From the IMG/VR virus record IMGVR_UViG_3300034375_010798: 64,000 nt of DNA, one strand, 5' to 3'. The position numbers and the translations under genes are program-made. This document shows, piece after piece, positions 10,250 to 20,300 of this stretch (position 1 is the stretch's first letter; every line of letters begins with the position of its first letter). A model generated the notes under the pieces. That model searched no databases, had not been told where the DNA came from, and worked only from the letters and a program-made list of their open reading frames with translations. Origin of the DNA: a virus.

Positions 10250-10436
10250 TACACCACAAAAACATTTTCAGATAATAAAAGAAAATATATTAAATGATAT
10301 TTTTGTTTGTGTTCATTATGGCAATATGACTTTTTCAGATTGTTATAATTTACCAGTTTATTTAAGAAGATGGTGGGTTAAGAAAATAGTTGATATAAAA
10401 GAAGCTGAAAACAAAGCTAATCAACAATCTCAATAA
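10229..10436 (+). CDS. gp51-like chaperone extension, probably reached by a +1/-2 frameshift (not in the ORF track)
   Basis: The +1 frame is open 10209-10436 and reads FFGLTANTPQKHFQIIKENILNDIFVCVHYGNMTFSDCYNLPVYLRRWWVKKIVDIKEAENKANQQSQ*. It has no upstream ATG and overlaps the T7 run at 10229-10235. Confidence 0.75.
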
Positions 10437-10479
10437 AAATACCCCTTAGTATTCTATTTTTCTATACTAAGGGGTATTT
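10437..10479 (+). terminator. 16-bp inverted-repeat hairpin / terminator
   Basis: AAATACCCCTTAGTAT (10437-10452) pairs with ATACTAAGGGGTATTT (10464-10479). It starts immediately after the TAA at 10434-10436. Confidence 0.8.
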
Positions 10480-10509
10480 ATTATATGTTATGTATGCAAT
10501 GGAGATACA

Positions 10510-10719
10510 ATGATGGGAAAATTAGGAATTCTAGCTAGAATAATGAAAAAACTTAGTGGTTTATCAGATAAAGAATTTGAAGCTCTTCGTAAAGCTTATC
10601 AAGAGGGCGACAGAATTGAAAGAGAAATGAGAAAAACACCACAAGGTAGAATGAAGTTAAAAACATTAATGCGTCAAATCAAGAATAAAAAGATAGATAG
10701 ATTATCTCAAAACAGATAA
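10510..10719 (+). CDS. Small basic hypothetical protein preceding the tape measure gene
   Basis: GGAG SD, 69 aa, K/R-rich. Confidence 0.65.
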   Translation: MMGKLGILARIMKKLSGLSDKEFEALRKAYQEGDRIEREMRKTPQGRMKLKTLMRQIKNKKIDRLSQNR

Positions 10720-10725
10720 TTAATA

Positions 10726-13700
10726 ATGGCTGATATTTCATTAACATTATCAAATCTTCAAGATACTGTAGAGAAAACTTCTTTCTCTATAAAAACGTTA
10801 GACTCTGCCTTTTCAGAAATGTCAGAAGTTTTGAAAGGTCATGTTGATAATGTTGATAAATCAACAAAAAAACAAGAAGACGCAATAAAGAGACAGCAAC
10901 AAGCTGTAGATAAACTAACCAGAAGTATACAAAACAATCTAAGTTCTATAACAAATGAATTTACAAAACAAATACCAATTATAGGTAAGTCATTACAAAA
11001 TGGTATAGACTCTATTCTAAAAGGTATGCAAAGACCTCTTGAAGCATTAAGTAGATTTGTTTTAGGTAATAAAAATTTAAGTGGTGTTTTAACAGCCGCA
11101 GGAGGTGGTCTTTTAGCTTCTGCGGCTCTTATTTTTAAAGAGTTTCAAAAGATAGAAAATGCTGTTGTTAGTATCTCTAAACAAACTGGGTTTTATGGTC
11201 AACAGTTAAAAAATGTTAGAGATATGACAATAGAAGCCTATAAGGGTAATTTACAGTTTGGCATAAGTATGGAAAAAAATGCCAAGGCAGCTGTGGGATT
11301 AGTAACTGCTCTTGGTTCCCAAAGAAGACTAACTCAAGATCTCATAAAATTTAATGCGCAGTTGGCTGATTATACTGGTTTGTCAGCAGATCAAACTGGT
11401 AAACTGATGTCCACTATGATTAAAGGTTTTGGTATGACAACTAATCAAGTCAAAAACTTTATTGGACAATTAGCTACAGCCACCGCAGGTGGTCAAGCTA
11501 CTGCTACTATAATAAGAGATATGGCAGCTAATTCAAATCTTGTAGCAATGCATGCGGCAAAGGGAGCACAATACCTATTAGATATGTCGGCTTATTCAAG
11601 ACTAACAAATGTCAATATGAATAAGATGCAGAGTATGACAGATGTTTTTCTAAACTTTGATAGCGGAACAGAATTAATTAATAAATTAAATGTTGCATTT
11701 GGTGGAAGCTTAAACTCTATGGAAATGTTTAGTAAAGCTATGAAAGGCGATGTTGTCGGCGTAATGAATGATCTTCATGGGTTATTATCTTCCCCTCAAG
11801 GATTAAGGACGCTTCAGATGTATCCGGGTTATGCTAGACAATTAGGTCAACAACTTGGTATGAATTATGATGAAATGCTAAAAATAGCTAGAATGACTAA
11901 ATCTGATTTAGAATTAGCTAAACAACAACAAGGTGAACAAGCCAAAATAAATGATATACTAAGAGAACAAAGAACCACTTTTGAGAACATGAAAAACACA
12001 CTAATATCTGAGTTTTTACCCGGATTTACTAATTTAGCTCAAAGAGCTATGACTATGATTAAACCTCTTAAACAAGGTATGTTATATGTTAGAGATATGT
12101 ATAGAGGTCTTAGAAGTGTTATGGGTGGCAGTGATGTTGCAGCTATTAGCACTATAGCTGTTGCTATTCCTACTCTCGTTACAGTAGTTAAAGCATTAGT
12201 TGGAAGAGGAGTATCTAGATTAGCGCCAATGTATGTAAGTGTGGTTAATGGTGGTGGTGTTGGTGGTGGTGTTGGTGGTGGTGTTGGTGGTGGAAGAATA
12301 GGAAAAGCAGGTATGGGTGTTGCGGCTGTAGGCACAGCTGCCGCAGCAACATCTTTCCTTGGTGGTGACGTTATTGATCAAACTTTGAGTTTATTAACTA
12401 TGGTTGCTCCATTTTTTGGACCAAAGGGTATGGCTATTGCTGCAGCAGCTGCCGGTTTGGGTATGTTAAAGAATATGTATATTGATAAGGCTGCTACGGG
12501 CCGGGTTGTTGGTAGTCCTTCATTATTTATGGTTGGTGAAGAGAACAGAAGAGAGGTTATAATTCCCACAGAAAGAATAAGAAATGGTATGCCAGTATCT
12601 TCAGATGTTGCCAACGAACTTGCCTCTATTGGTGTTCCCGGTTTCTTTGATGGAGGCTTTGTAAGCTCCGGTAATAGAACTATATACGGAAACAGAAATC
12701 GTGGAGTTGTTAGTGATGCCGGTAGTTTTGCGGAACAAACAAGAAGAGAACAAGAGGCGATGGCCATAAATAGAGCTTATAGAAGAGATTTAAAAGCTCA
12801 ACATGATGAAAGATTGTCAGTGTTAATGGATATTGAAAGAAACACTGGTGATGGTGGTGTATTAGGTGGCGGTCGTGGAGCTGGTAGTAGTTTAGGAGGG
12901 TTAAGATTACCCGGAGCTTATAGAGGAACAGATTTTAGTCCACTTACAGATCCTATTAAAGATCTACCTAAGAATTTTATGGAAGGTTTTAAAGATGGTT
13001 TTGTAAGAGAATATCAAGAGTGGCGAAAAAGCTTAACAGGTGATTATCGTCAAACTGTTGAGTTACTACATAATATGTATGATATGTGGGGTGAATATAA
13101 AAGAGATGGTTGGAATGCTGTAGGTAGATATATAGCAACAAATAAAGGTATGGAACAAAGATTAGACTGGATTGTTAGTAATATAGGTAATGAGGGTTCA
13201 TTCTTGGATAGGAACTCTATGGCTATTACACAAGGTATAAGAGCCATGTCAATGTCTAGAGTGTTGGATAACAATTGGAAAAAGTCTATTGGAATAGGTC
13301 TTAGCACAGCTTTATTATCGGCTGGAAGATATGGAACACAAAAAATATTCAACAATAGACAGGCAGCTCGTGCACGCCAAGCAAATAGAAATGAGTTAAA
13401 TGATCCAAGTGCAATGCTTATGAACAATACAACTCGAAGAGGGTTAGCGGCATATGGTAGAGGAAGATATGGCGATCCATATAGTTTTACAGATTATAGA
13501 AACCAATTACTCGGAGCAGGTATGTTTGGTCTTGGTGGTTCTGGCCTCGAGCTACTAAGCTCAAGGCCCGATGAGATTCGTCGTATAGCAGACCGAGAAC
13601 AAACTGGTAGTGGGAAAGGTTGGTTAGATCGACCTTGGGGTGCGTTTACCGAAAAGGTGGGATCTGACGCGCGCGGTGTATCAAATTATCTTAAAAACAG

Positions 13701-14898
13701 TAGAGGTGGTAAACTGGCTAGTGGAATTTACAATTGGGCTGGAGATGGTATTGGAAGTGGTATGGATAAACTTAGAGGCACCGGTGTTTATAAAGGTGCT
13801 TCTGATTTTATAAAAGGGTTAGGTGAATCCAAAGTCGGCCGGTTTGTTGGTGGCCAGTTGGGAAAAGCAAAATCCGCTATTTTTGGTGAGGCAGAAACCG
13901 GTGGAGGTTTTTGGTCTTCCGCAGCAGGTGCAGCCACATTACAAGGTTTAGGAACAGCTGGGTTACAATTAGCAACAGGTGGTTTTGGTAAAAGAAATGT
14001 TGCAGCTGCTGTTCAATCTGGAACATCCGCGGCAGGAACTGCATTAATGGCTGCAGGCCCATATGGGATGATAGCTGGGTTAGGTTTGCAAATAGGAGGT
14101 GCGTTATTAGGTGATAAAATAGCTGGTAGTTCTAGGGCTGTTAAGAGAGGAGATGCGCTGGCTGATCTCCAAAGAGCTATTGAAAATCAAGATTTAAAAA
14201 CATTTAGTGCAGCCTCAAGAAAAAAATTACGTCAAGCTAGTAAAAAACCAAGTTCAAGAGGTAGAACTCTTGTAGCTATACAAACAATGTTTGCAAATGC
14301 TGGATTAAATAACAATGAGATAGGTAATATTTTTTCATATTTAACTGATCAAGATATAGATGAGTCAACTACAGCCTTTTGGAATAAGAGACTTTTTAAC
14401 AAAGAATCAGATACACTTAAAGAAACTGATTACCAAAAAATGCAAACCAGTATGGCTGGTAAAAGCACAAATTTAAGTGATCTTCAATCTTCAGCTGATA
14501 ATATATTAGAAAGATGGAGAAAAGATAGAGGTTATCAAACGAAAGAAGAAGCTGCAGAGGCATTAGGTCTTACCCCAGAAGATGCAAAAGACATAACTAA
14601 GTTAACAGAAAGTATTGGATCAGCTGCTGGTGGTTCTGAATTTTTAGAACGACATATGATGAGCATGAGTAAGAAAGAATATGCACAATCCAAAGACGGT
14701 GGCGGTGGAGGTGGCGGAGTAATTCAAATGCCACCAGAGTTGACACAAATGTTTATGGAATTAAATCAAAATGTAAGAAATATGGGTGAAGCTATGGGTC
14801 AAGAAAGTTTTAATATTGTTGTTGAACTTAGTGGTGAAAGAATAGGTCAATATATACGTGAAAGACAAGCCGAGGAACAGTCAACTACGGTAGTTTAG
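10726..14898 (+). CDS. Tape measure protein
   Basis: 1390 aa, A/G-rich helical sequence downstream of the tube and chaperone genes, with an AATG.VV..P..FMVGE..REVIIP TMP motif. Confidence 0.88.
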   Translation: MADISLTLSNLQDTVEKTSFSIKTLDSAFSEMSEVLKGHVDNVDKSTKKQEDAIKRQQQAVDKLTRSIQNNLSSITNEFTKQIPIIGKSLQNGIDSILKGMQRPLEALSRFVLGNKNLSGVLTAAGGGLLASAALIFKEFQKIENAVVSISKQTGFYGQQLKNVRDMTIEAYKGNLQFGISMEKNAKAAVGLVTALGSQRRLTQDLIKFNAQLADYTGLSADQTGKLMSTMIKGFGMTTNQVKNFIGQLATATAGGQATATIIRDMAANSNLVAMHAAKGAQYLLDMSAYSRLTNVNMNKMQSMTDVFLNFDSGTELINKLNVAFGGSLNSMEMFSKAMKGDVVGVMNDLHGLLSSPQGLRTLQMYPGYARQLGQQLGMNYDEMLKIARMTKSDLELAKQQQGEQAKINDILREQRTTFENMKNTLISEFLPGFTNLAQRAMTMIKPLKQGMLYVRDMYRGLRSVMGGSDVAAISTIAVAIPTLVTVVKALVGRGVSRLAPMYVSVVNGGGVGGGVGGGVGGGRIGKAGMGVAAVGTAAAATSFLGGDVIDQTLSLLTMVAPFFGPKGMAIAAAAAGLGMLKNMYIDKAATGRVVGSPSLFMVGEENRREVIIPTERIRNGMPVSSDVANELASIGVPGFFDGGFVSSGNRTIYGNRNRGVVSDAGSFAEQTRREQEAMAINRAYRRDLKAQHDERLSVLMDIERNTGDGGVLGGGRGAGSSLGGLRLPGAYRGTDFSPLTDPIKDLPKNFMEGFKDGFVREYQEWRKSLTGDYRQTVELLHNMYDMWGEYKRDGWNAVGRYIATNKGMEQRLDWIVSNIGNEGSFLDRNSMAITQGIRAMSMSRVLDNNWKKSIGIGLSTALLSAGRYGTQKIFNNRQAARARQANRNELNDPSAMLMNNTTRRGLAAYGRGRYGDPYSFTDYRNQLLGAGMFGLGGSGLELLSSRPDEIRRIADREQTGSGKGWLDRPWGAFTEKVGSDARGVSNYLKNSRGGKLASGIYNWAGDGIGSGMDKLRGTGVYKGASDFIKGLGESKVGRFVGGQLGKAKSAIFGEAETGGGFWSSAAGAATLQGLGTAGLQLATGGFGKRNVAAAVQSGTSAAGTALMAAGPYGMIAGLGLQIGGALLGDKIAGSSRAVKRGDALADLQRAIENQDLKTFSAASRKKLRQASKKPSSRGRTLVAIQTMFANAGLNNNEIGNIFSYLTDQDIDESTTAFWNKRLFNKESDTLKETDYQKMQTSMAGKSTNLSDLQSSADNILERWRKDRGYQTKEEAAEALGLTPEDAKDITKLTESIGSAAGGSEFLERHMMSMSKKEYAQSKDGGGGGGGVIQMPPELTQMFMELNQNVRNMGEAMGQESFNIVVELSGERIGQYIRERQAEEQSTTVV
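12250..12294 (+). repeat. (GGTGGTGGTGTT)x3+ coding tandem repeat (GGGV)n
   Basis: Read directly from the sequence, inside the tape measure gene. Confidence 0.9.
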
Positions 14899-14919
14899 TT
14901 GAGTTAATAGAGAATAATT

Positions 14920-17070
14920 ATGGCATTAATAAGAAAATTTAGAGATATAATTAGAAACACACAGCCAAACGATCAGACAACTATCTTAGCTGATAGATTG
15001 GATTCGGAGAATCTTGGTGGTGTTAATTATCATGTTAACAATGGCCCTAATGGATCTAATACACCCAGTAGCTTAAATGTTTCAAATAGTTATCATGGTG
15101 GTAGTGATAGACCACTAATACCAGCTGATGTTACTTTTTTGGGCGAAAATATTAATGTTTCTTTTTTAGATAATGAAATAAAAGGAACAGAAGAAATATA
15201 TAAAAGATATTTAAAAAATGAAGTTATGGAAAACTCAACTATGAACGAGGAAGAGTTTGAAAAACTATTAGATAAACATCAAAATCAATCTGTATACGAA
15301 AGAGTTGATGGTGGTCTAAAAGTTTATACTATTAATAATGAGTTTTTTAATGGATATGTTGATAGTAATATATTTAAGAACTCAAGTTCTTATTATGCAA
15401 GATTTTATAACGCCATAACAGCTGCGGGAACAAAACTAACAGAGCCGGTTGGATACGTCGGCGCCCTGAGACTGGGGAGTCAAGGATTTAATGTAGCTCA
15501 ATATTGGGGTTCATCATTTTTTAAGCCAAGAATAAAATTAGATAACACAGAAGATCCATATAATCCATCTGGATCTTATAGGGCACCAACTGATACTGAA
15601 GATCTGGTCAATAGTATATTAACGGGTGAGTTTTTAAATCCAGACTCAAGAAGATTAGAAGAAATTGATATACCAGATGATTTAGATGAGTTAGAAGCCG
15701 CATCTCAAAGAATAGTTAAATCTTATGTTCCCGGATTAACAAGAGAACCTCAGCCATTTTATGCTAAGAATGGTTTGAAGGATTTTCTTAAACAAAATAT
15801 TTTAACAAGATATGGATATTTTGATCAATACAGTGCACGCGTGACAAAGGGCGGTCAGATAAATTATATTGTTGGCGTTGGCGAATCGGGAAGAATTGAT
15901 AGTATAGATAAAGTTTTTAAACAACTATACACCAACAACAACTCTGCTCCATATTATGAATATTATGCTAACCAAGAAGAAATTAATGGTGAAGAGCAAT
16001 GGAATAAAGGAGCTATTGCTCAAGTAGCTATAAGTGAAATAGAAAGAAGTGGTGGAAAGAAAGGAGAAGAAGTTTTTAGTTTTGAAAAAGACGCAGATTT
16101 ATTAAATTATGCAGCAAAGGTTCAAGGTTTTTCAAACAATATTGCAGATTCTGTTCCACAAAAATCTGATGAATTGGCTAAAGGTGATGAACTACCAGCA
16201 GTTGAAGAGATAAATATTAGCACGAACGCGGAGGATTCATACACTAAATTACAAAAGTATGATGAATATATTACTCAGTTAGGTGATAGACAGTATTTTC
16301 CCTTTTTGTTTGAGACAGAAAACAGAAGCAAGGTTGAAGAAACAAAAAAAGAGCAAGTTTGTCAATTTCAAGCAACGATAGATAATATTAATGAAACATT
16401 TAATCCTAATTGGGTTTCTAAATCATTTTTCGGTAGAACAGAACAAGTAAATACATATATGCAAACTGATCGTTCTTTATCTATGAGTTTTACTATATTT
16501 GCAAATACTATAAGGCAACTACAAAATGTTTATGAAAGAGTAAACTGGTTGGCACAACAAACATACGGTCAAAAACAAAATAGAGATAATGGTAGTTTTA
16601 AAATGATTGGTGGCCCTATTATAAGAATGACCATAGGTGATATGTTTTTTAGAATGGGTGGATACATACAATCTTTGGCTTATGATTGGAATATATTAGG
16701 TGCTGGTGGTAAGTGGGAGATGACACAAGGATTAAGGATGCCAGTAGCTTGTAGAGTTAATATAACATTTAGAGTATTACATGATGAAATGCCAAATAGA
16801 GATTATAACTTTTATAGAGGGCTAATGACAAACGAAAGAATATTAAATAACCAAGGGTTAATAGAAGGCGGTGGAAGCAAAATGCAAGGATTTACGGTTA
16901 AGGGCAGAGGAAACCCAGCCAAGCCATTGATACCAGTCCGACCAGATAGCAAAGACAGCCGCGTTATAAGTGAAAACGAGAGTTTCATCACTGGCAATCC
17001 GAACGCGAATTATAGCCCAGACTTTGATTATTACTTAAAAGATTTATTTTATGGAAGAACAAGTGGTTAA
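14920..17070 (+). CDS. Baseplate / tube-initiator protein (gp48/gp54-like C-terminal domain)
   Basis: C-terminal FQATIDNINETFNPNW....FGRTEQV.TY..T.RS.SMSF and P.IRMTIGD motifs; located after the tape measure gene. Confidence 0.7.
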   Translation: MALIRKFRDIIRNTQPNDQTTILADRLDSENLGGVNYHVNNGPNGSNTPSSLNVSNSYHGGSDRPLIPADVTFLGENINVSFLDNEIKGTEEIYKRYLKNEVMENSTMNEEEFEKLLDKHQNQSVYERVDGGLKVYTINNEFFNGYVDSNIFKNSSSYYARFYNAITAAGTKLTEPVGYVGALRLGSQGFNVAQYWGSSFFKPRIKLDNTEDPYNPSGSYRAPTDTEDLVNSILTGEFLNPDSRRLEEIDIPDDLDELEAASQRIVKSYVPGLTREPQPFYAKNGLKDFLKQNILTRYGYFDQYSARVTKGGQINYIVGVGESGRIDSIDKVFKQLYTNNNSAPYYEYYANQEEINGEEQWNKGAIAQVAISEIERSGGKKGEEVFSFEKDADLLNYAAKVQGFSNNIADSVPQKSDELAKGDELPAVEEINISTNAEDSYTKLQKYDEYITQLGDRQYFPFLFETENRSKVEETKKEQVCQFQATIDNINETFNPNWVSKSFFGRTEQVNTYMQTDRSLSMSFTIFANTIRQLQNVYERVNWLAQQTYGQKQNRDNGSFKMIGGPIIRMTIGDMFFRMGGYIQSLAYDWNILGAGGKWEMTQGLRMPVACRVNITFRVLHDEMPNRDYNFYRGLMTNERILNNQGLIEGGGSKMQGFTVKGRGNPAKPLIPVRPDSKDSRVISENESFITGNPNANYSPDFDYYLKDLFYGRTSG

Positions 17071-17080
17071 GGAGTAAGTT

Positions 17081-17389
17081 ATGTATTCTAGATATGATTT
17101 TTTAGAAAATGTGTATGATGTAAAATACAATGAATTTAGAAAAGAAACTTTTCCACCGATTAAAGCTGAAGATATAATTAGTGATAGGGATATTATTGTT
17201 TCTTGGAATTCTGCAGAAAGAATTGATAAAATAGCTGCTAAATATTATGGTGATGGTAGTTATTGGTGGATTATATGTTTAGCTAATGATCTTATATCTC
17301 CCCTACAAAAAATAGAAGATGGAACATCTATAAGGATACCTTCATCTGTAGAATTGGTTATTGAAAAAATAAAATTAAAAAGAGGTTAA
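17081..17389 (+). CDS. LysM-like baseplate protein (gp53 / P2 X-like)
   Basis: Motif RIDKIA.KYYGD.SYWWII..AN......I..GT.IRIP. Confidence 0.85.
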   Translation: MYSRYDFLENVYDVKYNEFRKETFPPIKAEDIISDRDIIVSWNSAERIDKIAAKYYGDGSYWWIICLANDLISPLQKIEDGTSIRIPSSVELVIEKIKLKRG

Positions 17390-17392
17390 TGT

Positions 17393-20300
17393 ATGAGTGA
17401 TGCAGACACAATAGATAGTTCTTATGAAAATCATTTAGTTAAGTTAGCTAGTGGCTGGAACGATAAAAAATTATACAATAATATAGAGTTATCTTCACTT
17501 AATACATTTGTGAGATTATATCTTATTGTTAATGACGAAGAACAGAATTTATTAAATAATTTATCTAATAACAATATTGATGTATTAACGCTTATAAGTG
17601 ATGATGACGGATTAAATAATAAAAAAATAGTTGAAATTTCTAGTTATCTACCTCAAATAAATTCTGACATGGGTAATGCTAATCTTCGCAATGCTGGAGG
17701 TATTGGTATAAACAACTTGAAAGTGGAAAGATCAAATAGAGAAGCATTTACAATAAGGTATAGATTATCATTAACAATAACAGATCCTAAATTAATAGAT
17801 CAAAGAACAGATCTTTCAAAATTAATTCAATTAAGTAGTGATTGGATTATTGCATATGGTTGGGATGGTTTTAGAGCAAGTAATATTGCACCTGCGGTTC
17901 CAAATGTAGTTAATAACCAAAATCAAAAAACAATAACCTATAATTTATCTGATAAAAATAATGGATATTGGGATTGGAATTATGCTAAATTATATAAGTT
18001 CAATTTTAATATAACTAATGAGGGTCATCTTCAAGGAAGTCTTGAGTTTTCTAACGCTGATAGTATTAATATAAGCAGTATGAAAATTAATGAAATATCA
18101 ACAGCTGTTTTAAATGATTTAAAAAAACCAGATTCATCTATTGATTTAATTACAGATATATCTACAATTGGTCATATACCCGGATATGAAGAGTTATTAT
18201 TAACTTACCCACAAGAAAATGTAAACTGGGCATTTACACCAGATGGCGTTAAACCAGAAGACTATTATGGAATTTATAACGGTGATGCCAGTTACAATTT
18301 TGTTTGGGAAAAAGATTCAAAAGCCTTTGATCAGTGGTATAATGATTATACAGCTGATATTCGTGAGAGTGTTCCCGACACATCCCAAAATAGAAAATCT
18401 AAAAAATACATTTTTGGGAGTGAGATAAAATACTTATTAAATGAAGAGGGTGTTATTGTAGAGGATACACAATCTTCTCCAAACCCACTTATAAAAAATG
18501 TTTATGATTTTAGAGAAACTGGGGATCTATATTTACTGCAATATAGAGATAGAACAGATAAAGTTTCATCTACACAAGCTTTAAATGAATGGATTAATAC
18601 ATTGTATGACACATGGAATAGCTTGCCTGCGTTTGACAAAAACAGAGCCATATATAGTTTTATGAATTTGAGAATACAAATTCCAACGCAGGCAGAAATA
18701 AACGGCATACAAGCTGATTATATAAGTGGTTGGACAGAATTATTTCAAAGAACAGGTGAAACATCCTTAAGAAGAGAAAACGCTAACGAATATTTAAGAT
18801 ATAGTCAACAATATTTAGAGCGTCTTTTAAATGATGCAAACGGTTCTAATGGTATTAGTTTTTCTGTCTTGCGATCTTTATTTACTTCGTTTTCAAACCA
18901 AGTTCTGAGATCTGTTGAGACTTCTCAAACAAAATGGAATGGAGTTAATATAAAAAACAGTGGTGTTGTTTTGAGACCACCGCCACCTTTTGTGTGTAAT
19001 CAACAAGGACTTCCAATAATTTATCGAGCAGGTCAAATTGATGGTTGTTTTTTATATAATTTAAAAGTAGATTTAAGTAACACTAGGTTGGTTTCTAATG
19101 ATGATTTATCTTATTTTTATAATAAAAAAATAAGAGAAGAAGGCACTTTTTTCTTTCTCGGAGATGAAATAGAAGGTGATTTTGGAAGAGTTATTGGTGA
19201 TAGCGGAAAATATAACTATTCTGATAAAACAAAACCTTTTAACTATGGTAACAAAGCTTACAAACCTTTTTATAATGAAAAAGATGTCACAGTATTTAAT
19301 CAAACAACTGGTGAAAATGTAAATGTTCAAGATGATTTTATAAATTTTAAACCTTCTTTTATATCTATGAGGCAATATAATTTATTTTTAAAAGAATTCA
19401 AACAAAAAATTAATTATGGAAAAGAATTTTTAAGTCAGATATGTGTAGCGGATTCTGATTTTGTAAAAAATAACAGTAAAACTATTTTTGATAATAACTC
19501 AGATAATGACCAATTATTACAAGAAACATTAGACATTATAAAAGAAAGAGGTGTTGTTGCCTATCTATCATCTCCAGAGGAATATTTTACTGTGGTGTCA
19601 CAAGAGGATTTGGATAAAATAAGTAATATATCTTATACACTTCCACCTTTTAATTTATTAAAAAAGTATGCTCGGAAAAATAAAAACTACATTAGGGATT
19701 TACATTCTTTACAATTAGATGGAGTAGCTCCATATGGAGATATTGTAGAAAATAATGGATTTAGGGTTCCGTTAGCTTGGGTTTTAGATAATATTAATTT
19801 ATTTAAAGAAAGTTTTGAAGAAAGTGTTAAAGATAAATTTTTATTTAAAAAAAGAATGAATGAATTAATAGAATATGGTAATAGGTTTTATAAAATACAA
19901 CTACCTCTTTCTTCAACTCATACAACGAAATGGTTTGAAAATGATGAGAGCGGTAGTGGTGGTTATGCACCAAGTTATGAAGAAAAAGAAGAAAAATCTT
20001 TTACTTATTATTACTCAAACATAGATAATACACCAGCGAATGAAATCCACTTTGAATCGCCGGAAGATTTATATGGAGAATTATTTGGTGTTTTAGGGAC
20101 TATAATCCGTGATCTTGTTGACGTTTTTATTGCTGAAAAGGGTCTTTACTATAAAAATTTATCTGGTATTAATACAGATATAAATTTTATTGTTAAGAAT
20201 TTTGATGGAGATATTTATGACTCCTTGACTAATAACAGATATAAAGAAAGTTATGCGTTTTCTATAGAACAACAAGATTCTTTTCTAGCTAGAAATTTTT

